Virus record (IMG/VR): IMGVR_UViG_3300045988_134081
Origin: a virus
DNA length: 39,335 nt
Strand: one strand, 5' to 3'
Shown: in pieces, positions 17,397 to 25,646 of the stretch
Layout: each line of letters starts with the position of its first letter
Numbering within the stretch: the first letter of the stretch is position 1
Position numbers and translations under genes: made by a program
The notes under the pieces: model-generated
Told to the model about the DNA's origin: nothing
What the model saw: the letters and a program-made list of their open reading frames with translations, nothing else
Database searches by the model: none

Positions 17397-18851
17397 CTAT
17401 CTGTTGTAATATCGTGTCTGATTTATATTTAGCGGATCAAATACCCTTGCGTTACGGAGTACAACCTCTTTTGGTGTAATTATCGAGGTCATAAAGCCGT
17501 ATCGCTGTTCGTCATAAATATGATCTTCGCCCTCAGTGTCAATATCTTCGGTGTCTATCTGAGAATAAACAAGGTTCGGAATTGTTCTGATGAAGTTAGT
17601 GCAAGTGTTGAAACACTGGAACATCGGATAGCCTTCTTCATCAAACGCGAGCCGTGAATGAAACTGCATTTTTCCGGCAAGTCTTGCATTATCGCCCTTA
17701 TTCCAGAACACACCCAACTGTGCGTGTGTTGCGGCTTGACTTTTTCCGCTGCCTTGTTCTGCAAAGATAGCCGGATCAGCAACACCATAAATCTGTCTGC
17801 CCTTAATCTGAGGGTCATTGTTTTCAATTGCAAGAATTTCTTGTGCCACCTTTTCGATCGGCCAGCGTACACCTGTATTCGGCTGATTCTTCTTGCAGCC
17901 GTATAATTCTCTGATTCGGTAAAATCTGCCGTCTTGGTCAACGGCAGTCCAACCGACTGAAAACGGTCTTGTATAGCCCCAGTCGTATGATCTGATAATT
18001 CGCCAACTTTGCGGAATTTTGAACGGCTCAATAACATGAGTCCACCGTCTGTCCTTGTAATGCTCTCTATTGTCAATCCACTCAGTAAAAACCTGTCCTT
18101 CAAAACTATCCCACGAGCCGTAGAGCAGGGCATTCCGCTCCGCTTCGGGCAGCTGTGCCAGTCGCTTTACATAATCGGGGTCGTTATTCATCAGAGCGTT
18201 GTTGTCAAACACGCTTGCCGTGATAAAGACTTTACTGCTCCAATAGTTTTTGGTACTGCCGTCAGGCATAATTACTTTGTCGCTGAGCCATATAGTTTCG
18301 CCCGGTGTGCCGGCAGTCACAAAATACTGCTTAACCCAGCCGTGGCCAACACCGCCGGGGTTAGCGGTTGACCGCATATACACCTTCGTAGCCTTACAGT
18401 TACCACGATTTCGGGACTTTAAATAACTGTACTCGTCAAAAGTAAACTGCGTTAATTCGTCAAATCCGATAAAATCGTACTGTTGGCCTTGGTATTTATA
18501 TTTTTCATTCGTGCGGAATAAAGAACCGAGCTTAATTTGTGCGTCACTTGAAAAGGTCCACACTCTTGTTGTTGCGTTGTACCTTGCTCCCCTGTCTATT
18601 GACGGATAAATCGCCCTTGTTTGGTCAATAATTCGTGCGAGGTCAGGAACAGCTCTTCGCAGTATCAGCCCTCTGTACTCGGGGATATTTACCTGTCTTG
18701 CCGCCTCGACTACAAGATAATCGGTCTTGCCTCCGCCTGCCGCACCGCCGTATAACATCTCATCTTCGCCACGGCTCAACGCTATTTTCTGCTTAGGCTG
18801 AGGAGTCCATATGACCTTCTTACTCAACGCTTTCACCGTCCTGCTCATCAT
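17397..18851 (-). CDS. terL: Terminase large subunit; start re-assigned to the ATG at 18851.
   Basis: Walker A-like GGAAGGGKTD, Walker B-like FIGFDELTQF and a C-terminal nuclease-type acidic motif DTEGEDHIYDEQRY. The 44-codon N-terminal extension in the track overlaps terS and looks non-coding. Confidence 0.9.
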   Translation of the reverse strand: MMSRTVKALSKKVIWTPQPKQKIALSRGEDEMLYGGAAGGGKTDYLVVEAARQVNIPEYRGLILRRAVPDLARIIDQTRAIYPSIDRGARYNATTRVWTFSSDAQIKLGSLFRTNEKYKYQGQQYDFIGFDELTQFTFDEYSYLKSRNRGNCKATKVYMRSTANPGGVGHGWVKQYFVTAGTPGETIWLSDKVIMPDGSTKNYWSSKVFITASVFDNNALMNNDPDYVKRLAQLPEAERNALLYGSWDSFEGQVFTEWIDNREHYKDRRWTHVIEPFKIPQSWRIIRSYDWGYTRPFSVGWTAVDQDGRFYRIRELYGCKKNQPNTGVRWPIEKVAQEILAIENNDPQIKGRQIYGVADPAIFAEQGSGKSQAATHAQLGVFWNKGDNARLAGKMQFHSRLAFDEEGYPMFQCFNTCTNFIRTIPNLVYSQIDTEDIDTEGEDHIYDEQRYGFMTSIITPKEVVLRNARVFDPLNINQTRYYNR

Positions 18852-19449
18852 CTTCGGGCGGTTGCATAACTTCCTGCATCGGGATTTCGATAATGCCGAG
18901 AGCGTTCTCTTCGTCCTGTTCCGTTGTATAATCTGCGAGGATATCACGAACATTGAGCAGACTCTTTGAAATTTCCGCTGCACGCTTTGTGTTTACAAGT
19001 GTTTTTCGCTTTGCATAATCGTAGCTGTATTCCTCTTCCGCTGTTGCGGTTTTCTCATCTTCGCTTTTTTCGGCTTTAACCGTTACTTTCTTTTTGATAA
19101 GCTCCTCGTCCTTGTCAAGCTCATTAACGGCTCTGTTCAGCTTTGTGATGAGTTTTGAGGCAACGGCCACAACCCTGTCAATCTCTCTGACGGTTTTCTT
19201 CACTTTCTCTGTGTTGATTTTCTCGGCTATTTTGTTTGCCGTTTCACTCTGATTCTGCTTTCTCAGCTCCTGCCAGCGTTCTTTTCCCGACCTTTTTCGT
19301 ATGGCATACACGCTCACTCCGTACTTTTCGGCAAGTTTTGAAGCGGACATTGTGCCGCTGATATACTCAGCTTTAATTTGCACCCAGTCAATTGCTTTTT
19401 GCTCATTTAATTCTGTCTGCTGTCCTTTCAAGTCTTTTTTTTGACTCAT
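18820..19449 (-). CDS. terS: Terminase small subunit.
   Basis: 209 aa with an N-terminal HTH-like MSASKLAEKYGVSVYAIRKRSGKERW and an acidic tail. It lies directly upstream of, and overlaps, terL. Confidence 0.72.
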   Translation of the reverse strand: MSQKKDLKGQQTELNEQKAIDWVQIKAEYISGTMSASKLAEKYGVSVYAIRKRSGKERWQELRKQNQSETANKIAEKINTEKVKKTVREIDRVVAVASKLITKLNRAVNELDKDEELIKKKVTVKAEKSEDEKTATAEEEYSYDYAKRKTLVNTKRAAEISKSLLNVRDILADYTTEQDEENALGIIEIPMQEVMQPPEDDEQDGESVE

Positions 19450-19485
19450 GAACTCACCGCCTTTTTGTACATGTTTCGTGTTTTA

Positions 19486-19522
19486 ATTTTAGCTTTTTTC
19501 TTTCACGCAAAAAAGTTAAAAC
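19486..19522 (-). promoter_or_regulatory. Putative late promoter (terminase/portal operon).
   Basis: In gene orientation, GTTTTAAC (19522-19515) is followed by 23 nt and then TAAAAT (19491-19486). It carries the same exact 14-mer as the other two sites and lies ~37 nt upstream of the terS ATG. Confidence 0.55.
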
Positions 19523-19570
19523 TTTAATACCAAATTTGTACACTTTTTTCCAAGGCTAATATTTGTATGC

Positions 19571-19603
19571 AAAAACACGGTTTCACCGAAAGGCAAAACC
19601 GTG
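19571..19603 (-). terminator. Intrinsic terminator ending the early/replication operon.
   Basis: Minus strand reads CACGGTTT-(TGCCTTTCGGTG)-AAACCGTG followed by TTTTT. It lies downstream of the stop at 19669. Confidence 0.65.
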
Positions 19604-19668
19604 ACGAAAGTGAAATTTTTGAATTGATTTAAAATTTTCGCATATTATGTTTTTAAAAGATTGATATT

Positions 19669-19911
19669 TTACAAATCTTTGCTGATCGACTGAGCAAGCG
19701 GACAGCCTCGCCAACAATAGCTACCGCAAAAATCGTTGAAGTGATTTTCTTTGTCCTGCGGTGAATCAAAAAACAGCGTTGTACTCTTGCTCTTGTACAC
19801 CGCCCCGAAACAGCAAATCTTACTTTGGCTGTCGTAAGAATAGAACGGACATTTGGCTTTGTTTTCTTTCAAATTTATCTCTCCTTTGATTTTGTATCTA
19901 TTCCGCTGCAT
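19669..19911 (-). CDS. Small Cys-rich hypothetical protein.
   Basis: 80-aa ORF containing 7 Cys (CPFY...CCFG...CGSYCWRGC), downstream of rep. Confidence 0.55.
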   Translation of the reverse strand: MQRNRYKIKGEINLKENKAKCPFYSYDSQSKICCFGAVYKSKSTTLFFDSPQDKENHFNDFCGSYCWRGCPLAQSISKDL

Positions 19912-19970
19912 ACTTCATTTTTGTGCAACCCCAAAAGACCGTACATCGCACGGTCTGAATTTACCATTAT

Positions 19971-20723
19971 TTACCATTTCCGCCTCTGCGTAATCGGCAG
20001 AAAACAAAAATACCATTTTGCACCGCCGATATCCGAGTAGTTCATTGAGTAATCGTCCTCAATGAGATAATGACCCTCGGGCGCTTCAATCATTTCGCCA
20101 CGTTCAAGCGCTCTGATTTCTTTTCTTTTCGCCTTTCTTGTGACCGATTCAGGCTTTGTAAGATTGCGACTTGTCATCATCCGCTTTTGTGCGGCATCAA
20201 CATCTTCTTTACCTGTCAAGTCTTTTGTTATGTACTCAGCTAACTTTTTAAAATTCTCGTTTTTGTAGAGCGGAGTAAAGTTCTGACCATTTTCATATGG
20301 CCATTGTTCAGACAGCAGTTCCCTGTCCTCTTTGCTTACGATAATGTGGATATGCCAGTTCTTACCCGACTTACCGCACTCAATAAACGCTATGTACTTC
20401 AATCTGCCCTTGCCCTGCTTTTTCAGGCGGTAATTTATTCTGTAAAGCCATTTACCTACCTCTTTGCGAAACTCTTCTTCTGTTTCATATGTTCCGTAGG
20501 ACGCAGAAAAGCGACAGAAGAAATCACCGCTTCCAAAGTTTGCGTTGATGAGCCTCTGCATATGCTTAACCGCACGGAGCTTGTTTGCCGTCCTCATCTT
20601 GGCCGAGCTTAAAGAATTATTTGATTTCCTTCCGCCATAGTTTTTGCCTATTTTTCGGATTGATTGATAGTATTCAACTTCAATCATATCTCCGCTTTTG
20701 ATTGTTCTCTTATATGTGTACAT
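19971..20723 (-). CDS. HUH-superfamily rolling-circle replication initiator (Rep).
   Basis: Motifs occur in canonical order: FFCRFSAS (motif 1-like), WHIHIIV (HUH; His codons at 20352-20354 and 20346-20348) and AEYITKD (YxxK; Tyr codon at 20232-20234), with ~38 aa between the HUH motif and the Tyr. Confidence 0.7.
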   Translation of the reverse strand: MYTYKRTIKSGDMIEVEYYQSIRKIGKNYGGRKSNNSLSSAKMRTANKLRAVKHMQRLINANFGSGDFFCRFSASYGTYETEEEFRKEVGKWLYRINYRLKKQGKGRLKYIAFIECGKSGKNWHIHIIVSKEDRELLSEQWPYENGQNFTPLYKNENFKKLAEYITKDLTGKEDVDAAQKRMMTSRNLTKPESVTRKAKRKEIRALERGEMIEAPEGHYLIEDDYSMNYSDIGGAKWYFCFLPITQRRKW

Positions 20724-21108
20724 AGCATAACCTTTTATTATAGTGTATTTTTCCTGTTTTCCGTGTTTAAATAATCATTTGAGCAGGATTCAAAAGGAGC
20801 ATTTCAGCTCCTTTAATTATGACTGATTATTATTCTGTTTTAGAATATTGATGCTGATAGATATAACTAAGCAGTAGCCCAACCTGACCCCTTGAGCTAC
20901 TGCTTTTGCAAACCTTGCCACTGCAATTGTGTGTTCTTATTTTATTGCAATATGTTGAGCCGTTGCCTCGGCTTTTTTTGTAACAGCTAAAATCAAAAAA
21001 AGAAGTCATTGTTTTTTGATTTTAGTTTTTGAATATGAAAACTGTGAATTTTGTTTGATTTCTTGATTTTAAAATTGGATTTCGCATGTAGCAAGGGAGT
21101 TGCCTTGA
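20724..21108. promoter_or_regulatory. 385-bp non-coding, AT-rich, highly structured region upstream of rep: putative origin and promoter region.
   Basis: Perfect 14-bp inverted repeat 20987-21000 / 21012-21025 (CTAAAATCAAAAAA / TTTTTTGATTTTAG). 10-bp stem 20869-20878 / 20895-20904. 8-bp stem 20793-20800 / 20807-20814. Small hairpin + T-run at 20958-20979. TTGATTT-type repeats at 21016-21023, 21054-21061 and 21062-21070. Confidence 0.5.
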
Positions 21109-21498
21109 TTATTTTTCTGCCGGATCTGACTCTCTTACCGTGTCAGCCGTCTCATCGGGCTGAGATTCAGCCTTCTTAATAGGCTCATACACCGAGAGCT
21201 TACCTGCCATAAGAGCGTTGACCTCAGCCAGCTTTGTGATGTTTTCATTCAGCACTCTGTTGTACTTCATTTCTTCCTCTCTTGTACACAAAAGATTTCC
21301 GATGTTGTCCTCGAGCATCTGATTTTCTGCTCTTAATCTTCTGTTTTCTTCCCTGAGCTTTTTGCAGCCTCTTTCAGCATTGAGTAATTTAAGCTGAAGA
21401 TAATCAACCTGCATAAGTACCGTCGCAAAACGCTCGTGTGCGGATTCTTTTAAGTTTTCAATCTGAGCGTTTAAAAATTCTTTATCTGCTCTTCTCAT
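21109..21498 (-). CDS. Coiled-coil hypothetical protein; start re-assigned to the ATG at 21498.
   Basis: The ORF has heptad-like LKLLNAERGCKKLREENRRLRAENQMLEDNIGNLL. GAAAGGTGA lies 6 nt upstream of the ATG at 21498. Confidence 0.7.
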   Translation of the reverse strand: MRRADKEFLNAQIENLKESAHERFATVLMQVDYLQLKLLNAERGCKKLREENRRLRAENQMLEDNIGNLLCTREEEMKYNRVLNENITKLAEVNALMAGKLSVYEPIKKAESQPDETADTVRESDPAEK

Positions 21499-21585
21499 AT
21501 GTATAGTCACCTTTCATTTTTTATAAAACAACTGCAAGGATAATCCCTGCTTCTGCTTGCGCAGAACTTGTACCCTCGGCATTCC

Positions 21586-21708
21586 TTACAAGAGCGGCAG
21601 GTCAATGTCTCTTTTGTCTCGGTACTTACTTTTGATTTTTCCCATGCCGACGAGTGCTGTATATTCGCCGTAACTGTATGATGTTCCGTGTTCTTCATTG
21701 TATTTCAT
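21586..21708 (-). CDS. Possible 40-aa protein (MKYNEEHGTSYSYGEYTALVGMGKIKSKYRDKRDIDLPLL). Uncertain: it competes with the overlapping 63-aa ORF 21507..21698.
   Basis: The ATG at 21708 is preceded by GAGGAG. It corresponds to the C-terminal part of track ORF 21586..21918, whose N-terminal part overlaps 21734..22144. Confidence 0.3.
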   Translation of the reverse strand: MKYNEEHGTSYSYGEYTALVGMGKIKSKYRDKRDIDLPLL

Positions 21709-21733
21709 TAACTCCTCGCAAATAAGGTCAATG

Positions 21734-22144
21734 TTATCCTTCTTCCTCTTTGTCCTCGGCTTCGGGTTCAGATTCGGATTCACAGTCTTCTCCCAATGTA
21801 GCTTTCTCGCTGTTGATGGCTGCTCTGATAACTGCCTTGAGCTTTGCTTTTTCTTCTTCGCTAATTTTGATTTCTTGGTCATATCCATATTTCCTTTCGT
21901 ATTTTCTTCCGTCTGCAAAGCCGTTCGTATAGCTCTTATTGCAACGCTTATTAGTGATGTCCCAGTTTTGATTGATTGTTCGACCTTGCTTTTGATTCTC
22001 TTTCAAAAGGCGGTCGTTTTCTTCCTTCTCAACTTTATAAAGGTCACGATAAAAGTTAATGTTTTCCCTCATCCAAATAAGCGTTAAAATAAACGCTACT
22101 ATAAGGATTAAAAACACAATAAGCATTGTTGTTCCTGCTGACAT
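21734..22144 (-). CDS. Membrane-anchored hypothetical protein with an acidic tail.
   Basis: 136 aa with an N-terminal TM helix (MLIVFLILIVAFILTLIWM). RBS AGAGGTG lies 8 nt upstream. Confidence 0.7.
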   Translation of the reverse strand: MSAGTTMLIVFLILIVAFILTLIWMRENINFYRDLYKVEKEENDRLLKENQKQGRTINQNWDITNKRCNKSYTNGFADGRKYERKYGYDQEIKISEEEKAKLKAVIRAAINSEKATLGEDCESESEPEAEDKEEEG

Positions 22145-22149
22145 TATTT

Positions 22150-22398
22150 TTACACCTCTTTACTTATAAAATCCGTGGCACGATATAGCGTCACGTAATC
22201 CCCCTCAAGGTCATCATCGTAATACTGTGCAGTCTCATCGCTCATCGCTTTAATTATCACGGCGTAGTAATCTTCTTCCCATTCTTTCGCCGCTTCAATT
22301 ATTTCGTCGAGCGTAAACTTGCCTTTAGCTTTTTTAATCTTCAAATGCCAGCGCCCCTCGGCATCATATCCGCTTTCAACTGTTGTCCCTTTTTTCAT
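22150..22398 (-). CDS. Hypothetical early protein.
   Basis: AAGGAG precedes the ATG at 22398 by 10 nt; the track start at 22407 is a GTG too close to the RBS. The product is acidic and globular-looking. Confidence 0.65.
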   Translation of the reverse strand: MKKGTTVESGYDAEGRWHLKIKKAKGKFTLDEIIEAAKEWEEDYYAVIIKAMSDETAQYYDDDLEGDYVTLYRATDFISKEV

Positions 22399-22612
22399 TA
22401 TTTTCACTCTCCTTTAAAAATCCGTCTTTTGTAAAAGTGCGTCCACATCTGCCACATTTTACACATACAGCTCCATAACTATCTGAGTTTATACAGTCAT
22501 CACTTACTTGATAATCAACAAGCAATTTTTTTACATTACTGTTTTTTCTTAATTTTTCAAGTTCTTTTTCTTGACGAGAGAGTTTTTCAAACTCAAAATC
22601 TATTATCTTCAT
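22376..22612 (-). CDS. Small zinc-ribbon-like protein.
   Basis: 78 aa with CVKCGRCGR. ATGA overlap with the upstream gene. Confidence 0.6.
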   Translation of the reverse strand: MKIIDFEFEKLSRQEKELEKLRKNSNVKKLLVDYQVSDDCINSDSYGAVCVKCGRCGRTFTKDGFLKESENNEKRDNS

Positions 22613-22884
22613 ATCCGTTTTGCACCGCAGTAGGGGCAGTAATTGTATGTTGATAATACAGCTTCTTTACAATGCGGACACGAGCTGTCAAGGCAAATCA
22701 CCTTTGTACTGTTGGCATCTCTTGTTACACACATCGTATGATTACCGTCATCTAAGATAATGCGTTTGACTGCTTCGGCTTTTTTTTGAGAGTTAAAATA
22801 TATCGTATTAAAACTCATATCCTCGAACAGTATATCTAACGCATACTCACCGCATACCTCACGAATTTTTAATTTATTATCCAT
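22609..22884 (-). CDS. Small zinc-ribbon protein.
   Basis: 91 aa with CPHC...CPYC. RBS GAGGTGA lies 7 nt upstream. Confidence 0.65.
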   Translation of the reverse strand: MDNKLKIREVCGEYALDILFEDMSFNTIYFNSQKKAEAVKRIILDDGNHTMCVTRDANSTKVICLDSSCPHCKEAVLSTYNYCPYCGAKRI

Positions 22885-22896
22885 TTTCTTTTCACC

Positions 22897-23099
22897 TCAT
22901 TTCAGCAGTTCGTCTGTCGTAACATTAAATAGATTTGAAATATCTATTATAGTTTTAATATCAGGCTCAAATTTTCCTTGCTCATAGTAAGATATACTTG
23001 TTCTGCTCAAGCAGAGCTTTTCGCCTAATTCTTCCTGCGTTAATTTATGTTTTTAGTCCTTAACGCTTTTAATTTCTCAGGAATGCCGTTTACAACCAA
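22897..23099 (-). pseudogene. Frameshifted XRE-type HTH gene (one-nucleotide frame break in an A-run).
   Basis: Frame A reads (TTG)VVNGIPEKLKALRTKNIN*. The -1 frame continues HKLTQEELGEKLCLSRTSISYYEQGKFEPDIKTIIDISNLFNVTTDELLK*. Joined at ACTAAAAACATAAA (23045-23057), the two give a canonical ~65-aa HTH_XRE domain. Confidence 0.6.
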
Positions 23100-23956
23100 T
23101 CCTCTCCGTCAAAACTTAATTGTCCAGGCAAAACACCATCCTGCATCCACCAGTGATAAACCTCAAGTCCATTAGCGTGTTGTGTAGCTTTGCCTCTTTG
23201 CTTTCTCACTTCAAGCATCTTGTCGAATGCTCTTATATACAAATTTCGGTACTTGGGATATCGTGCAAATTCCGCAAATCTCTTCTTACTTGCCATTGGA
23301 CAGCCAATGCATCCAACACGGTCAAATCCACAACTGTATAACGGATTAAGATTAATGTGTTCTTGGTTGATGTACTCCCTAACATCACTATCCGACCAAT
23401 CACAAATAGGGTTGAAGATTATCTTCCCTTGTAACTGACAATGCTCAACTATCTGCCTCTTATCGTCATTGTCATTGTTAAGGACAATTCTATTTGACAG
23501 ATTAGAAGAATAAGTTTCGATTATTCCCTTCGACCGTCTTTTCGTGCTTTCGGCTCTTCGCACTCCTGTGGCAATAGCACGATTCTTACCGCCTGTTTCT
23601 TTCAGAATTGCACAACAATATCTTACTAACCTTGTGGGTGGAATACCTTTTTGCACTATCAGTGACCACATAGATGTCGGCTTGCCCTTGTATCTTGGCA
23701 TATCAATGTTGCATTTTATGCCTTTAGATTCCAACTCCTTAAATTTATTGCGTATGTGGTAAACTGTTTCGGGAGCATCAGCCGTTGTGTGACTATGTTG
23801 AGCTTCAAAGTCTATACCCGATTTAATCGCTAAATCTAAAATAATGTCGCTATCTTTGCCACCTGAGTAACAAAGCATAAGCGGTTTTTTATAATAGCGT
23901 TTACTTATTTCTGCTCCGTCACGAAGTCGCATTATAGCAACCTTTTCTAAGTCCAT
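23090..23956 (-). CDS. PAPS-reductase-family (PP-loop ATP pyrophosphatase, IbrA/DndC-like) protein.
   Basis: PP-loop motif CYSGGKDSD and a C-terminal Cys cluster (CDW...CGFDRVGCIGCPMA). Start re-assigned to the ATG at 23956 (AAGGAG upstream); the track start at 23995 is a GTG inside a hairpin. Confidence 0.8.
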   Translation of the reverse strand: MDLEKVAIMRLRDGAEISKRYYKKPLMLCYSGGKDSDIILDLAIKSGIDFEAQHSHTTADAPETVYHIRNKFKELESKGIKCNIDMPRYKGKPTSMWSLIVQKGIPPTRLVRYCCAILKETGGKNRAIATGVRRAESTKRRSKGIIETYSSNLSNRIVLNNDNDDKRQIVEHCQLQGKIIFNPICDWSDSDVREYINQEHINLNPLYSCGFDRVGCIGCPMASKKRFAEFARYPKYRNLYIRAFDKMLEVRKQRGKATQHANGLEVYHWWMQDGVLPGQLSFDGEDWL

Positions 23957-23978
23957 TATATTTTTGCTCCTTAAAACC

Positions 23979-24006
23979 ATCTCAGACAGCTGCACCTGTC
24001 TGAGAT
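23979..24006 (-). promoter_or_regulatory. Perfect 11-bp stem-loop between the ParB-like and PAPS-reductase-like genes (attenuator or processing site?).
   Basis: ATCTCAGACAG-GTGCAG-CTGTCTGAGAT on the minus strand, followed by GGTTTTAAGGAG. Confidence 0.45.
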
Positions 24007-24096
24007 ATGTAAACGGTAATATTCAGAAAAGTAGGTATAGGTATAAAATGAGATATATATAATCTCGCTGTGCAGAGCGTGATTAACTTATTTAGT

Positions 24097-25416
24097 TTAT
24101 TTTACTTCACCGGAGGTAAAAATCGGATGTGTGCCGTCACGGAGCTGAATTTCTTCGTCACTCATCACATAGCCGAGCTTGACGAGTAGATTATAAAATC
24201 TGTTGAGTTCGGGGTTGATGTTACGAGTAATACCCTCATAGTATGAAAAATCAATATAGCTACTATCGTAAAAGCCGCTGAAAAACGCATAGGCCATAGC
24301 CATAAGCGTTTTACCTGTGTCTGCAAGACAATCGTCAAGGTTTATACATTCGCCTTCATCGTATTTAAGACCGGCAATTTTAAGCAGAGCACCCTCTTCA
24401 TATCCGCTGCTCGCAGACATTGCATACATTATGTATGCAATCAAATTTTGTTTACTGTCATTGTCATTGAAATTTGCGGACAGCATAAAATCCTCTCTAA
24501 GAGCTTTACAGCGATTGTCAATTTCATTTCCCTGCGCCCGCAGTTCATTGAGCGTCTGCCTTTCGGATTCTCTTTTGGCGGCTTCCTCGTCGGCTTTTAT
24601 TTTATCGTCTTTTGTAATTTCAACATAAATGATAATATCATTGCTGTACGCCGACATATAGTACATACGCTTTTTGCCGTCATCAAAAGATTTATCTTTA
24701 AGCGTTGAGAGGTTGTGATATCCCTCGTATTTATATCCTTTCGGTGCACCGCTCGTTTCGCATTCAAGTAATCCTTTATCGCTACATACTTTCTTGATTT
24801 CACCACGAGTATGTTTGCGCTCCTGTTTTGCTTCTGCGGCATAAATTGCACTGTTAAAATTATTTGTGCCGATAGTTTTTAATAAGGCGTTGCGTTCTTC
24901 TATATCTTCGATTTTGTTGAGCCTGTCATAATCCTGCAATGTCGGCTGTCGGATCTGACTTTCCTTGAATGCCTCTTCGTCAAGCTCACAGAGCTTTACT
25001 CTCCGCCTTATTTTGCTTTCGGAAAAGCCTGTCTTTTCGGCAACCTCTGCGACCGTATCACCGAGGTCGAGCAACAGCTGACAGCCCTTTGCTTCTTCAT
25101 AAACTGTCAAATCTGACCTCTGCATATTTTCGGTTAACATTGTAGATAACTGCTCCTTTTCAGTCATCTCAACAACCGCACATGGCAGTTCAGTTAATCC
25201 CGCCTGCTTGGCCGCTGCTAATCTTCTGTGTCCGATAATTACTGTAAACTCCGTCCAATCGTCATTCATCGGCACCACCGTGAGGTTTTGAAGGATTCCA
25301 CTTGCCTTAATGCTTTCGGCAAGCTCATCAACGTCCCCGAGAACCTTACGAGGGTTGTCGGGGTGCGGATGAAGTTTGTCAATTGCAATTGTAGTCAATG
25401 TCGGTTTTCTTTCCAT
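24097..25416 (-). CDS. ParB N-terminal (ParB/Srx nuclease-like) domain protein with a long C-terminal extension.
   Basis: IAIDKLHPHPDNPRK and GHRRLAAAKQAGL are classic ParB-N motifs. There is an HTH-like segment (VAEKTGFSESKIRRRV), and ~250 aa of the C-terminus are unassigned. Confidence 0.82.
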   Translation of the reverse strand: MERKPTLTTIAIDKLHPHPDNPRKVLGDVDELAESIKASGILQNLTVVPMNDDWTEFTVIIGHRRLAAAKQAGLTELPCAVVEMTEKEQLSTMLTENMQRSDLTVYEEAKGCQLLLDLGDTVAEVAEKTGFSESKIRRRVKLCELDEEAFKESQIRQPTLQDYDRLNKIEDIEERNALLKTIGTNNFNSAIYAAEAKQERKHTRGEIKKVCSDKGLLECETSGAPKGYKYEGYHNLSTLKDKSFDDGKKRMYYMSAYSNDIIIYVEITKDDKIKADEEAAKRESERQTLNELRAQGNEIDNRCKALREDFMLSANFNDNDSKQNLIAYIMYAMSASSGYEEGALLKIAGLKYDEGECINLDDCLADTGKTLMAMAYAFFSGFYDSSYIDFSYYEGITRNINPELNRFYNLLVKLGYVMSDEEIQLRDGTHPIFTSGEVK

Positions 25417-25625
25417 TACTTTTCACGCTCCTTTTTTTCGGCAATAACATGCAGGCCTTTGAAACAATCATCACATAGATGTATTTTAATTTTGCTCTTG
25501 CATTCAACAGGAATTGCAATCCCTCTAAAGTAATCAGTATCAACCCCTAAATAGAATTCCTTCATTTTAACTGTGTACGGATCTGAGATAACTTTGTTAC
25601 AACAATCGCACTGATAAACTTTCAT
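25416..25625 (-). CDS. Small zinc-ribbon protein.
   Basis: 69 aa with CDCC...CDDC. Its stop overlaps the ParB-like start. Confidence 0.6.
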   Translation of the reverse strand: MKVYQCDCCNKVISDPYTVKMKEFYLGVDTDYFRGIAIPVECKSKIKIHLCDDCFKGLHVIAEKKEREK

Positions 25626-25646
25626 TTACTTCCATTCTCCTTACAA

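Noticed and set aside
17555-18133. Alternate-frame ORFs nested in real genes: 17555..18133 in terL, 16368..16811 in the portal gene, 9180..9638 in 8851..9660, 7787..8137 in 7602..8849, 12249..12524 and 12729..12935 near the capsid block, 33720..34073 in the endolysin gene.
   Set aside because: They lie entirely within longer ORFs that carry recognisable motifs. Their products are R/K/T-rich or otherwise unnatural, and there are no RBSs.
21507-21918. Track ORFs 21586..21918 (110 aa) and 21507..21698 (63 aa, Cys-rich).
   Set aside because: The first 60 codons of the 110-aa ORF overlap the better-supported 21734..22144 in another frame, so only its last 40 codons (from the ATG at 21708) are kept, at low confidence. 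The 63-aa ORF overlaps that segment and its AGGAG is 14 nt from the ATG. The two alternatives cannot be resolved by eye.
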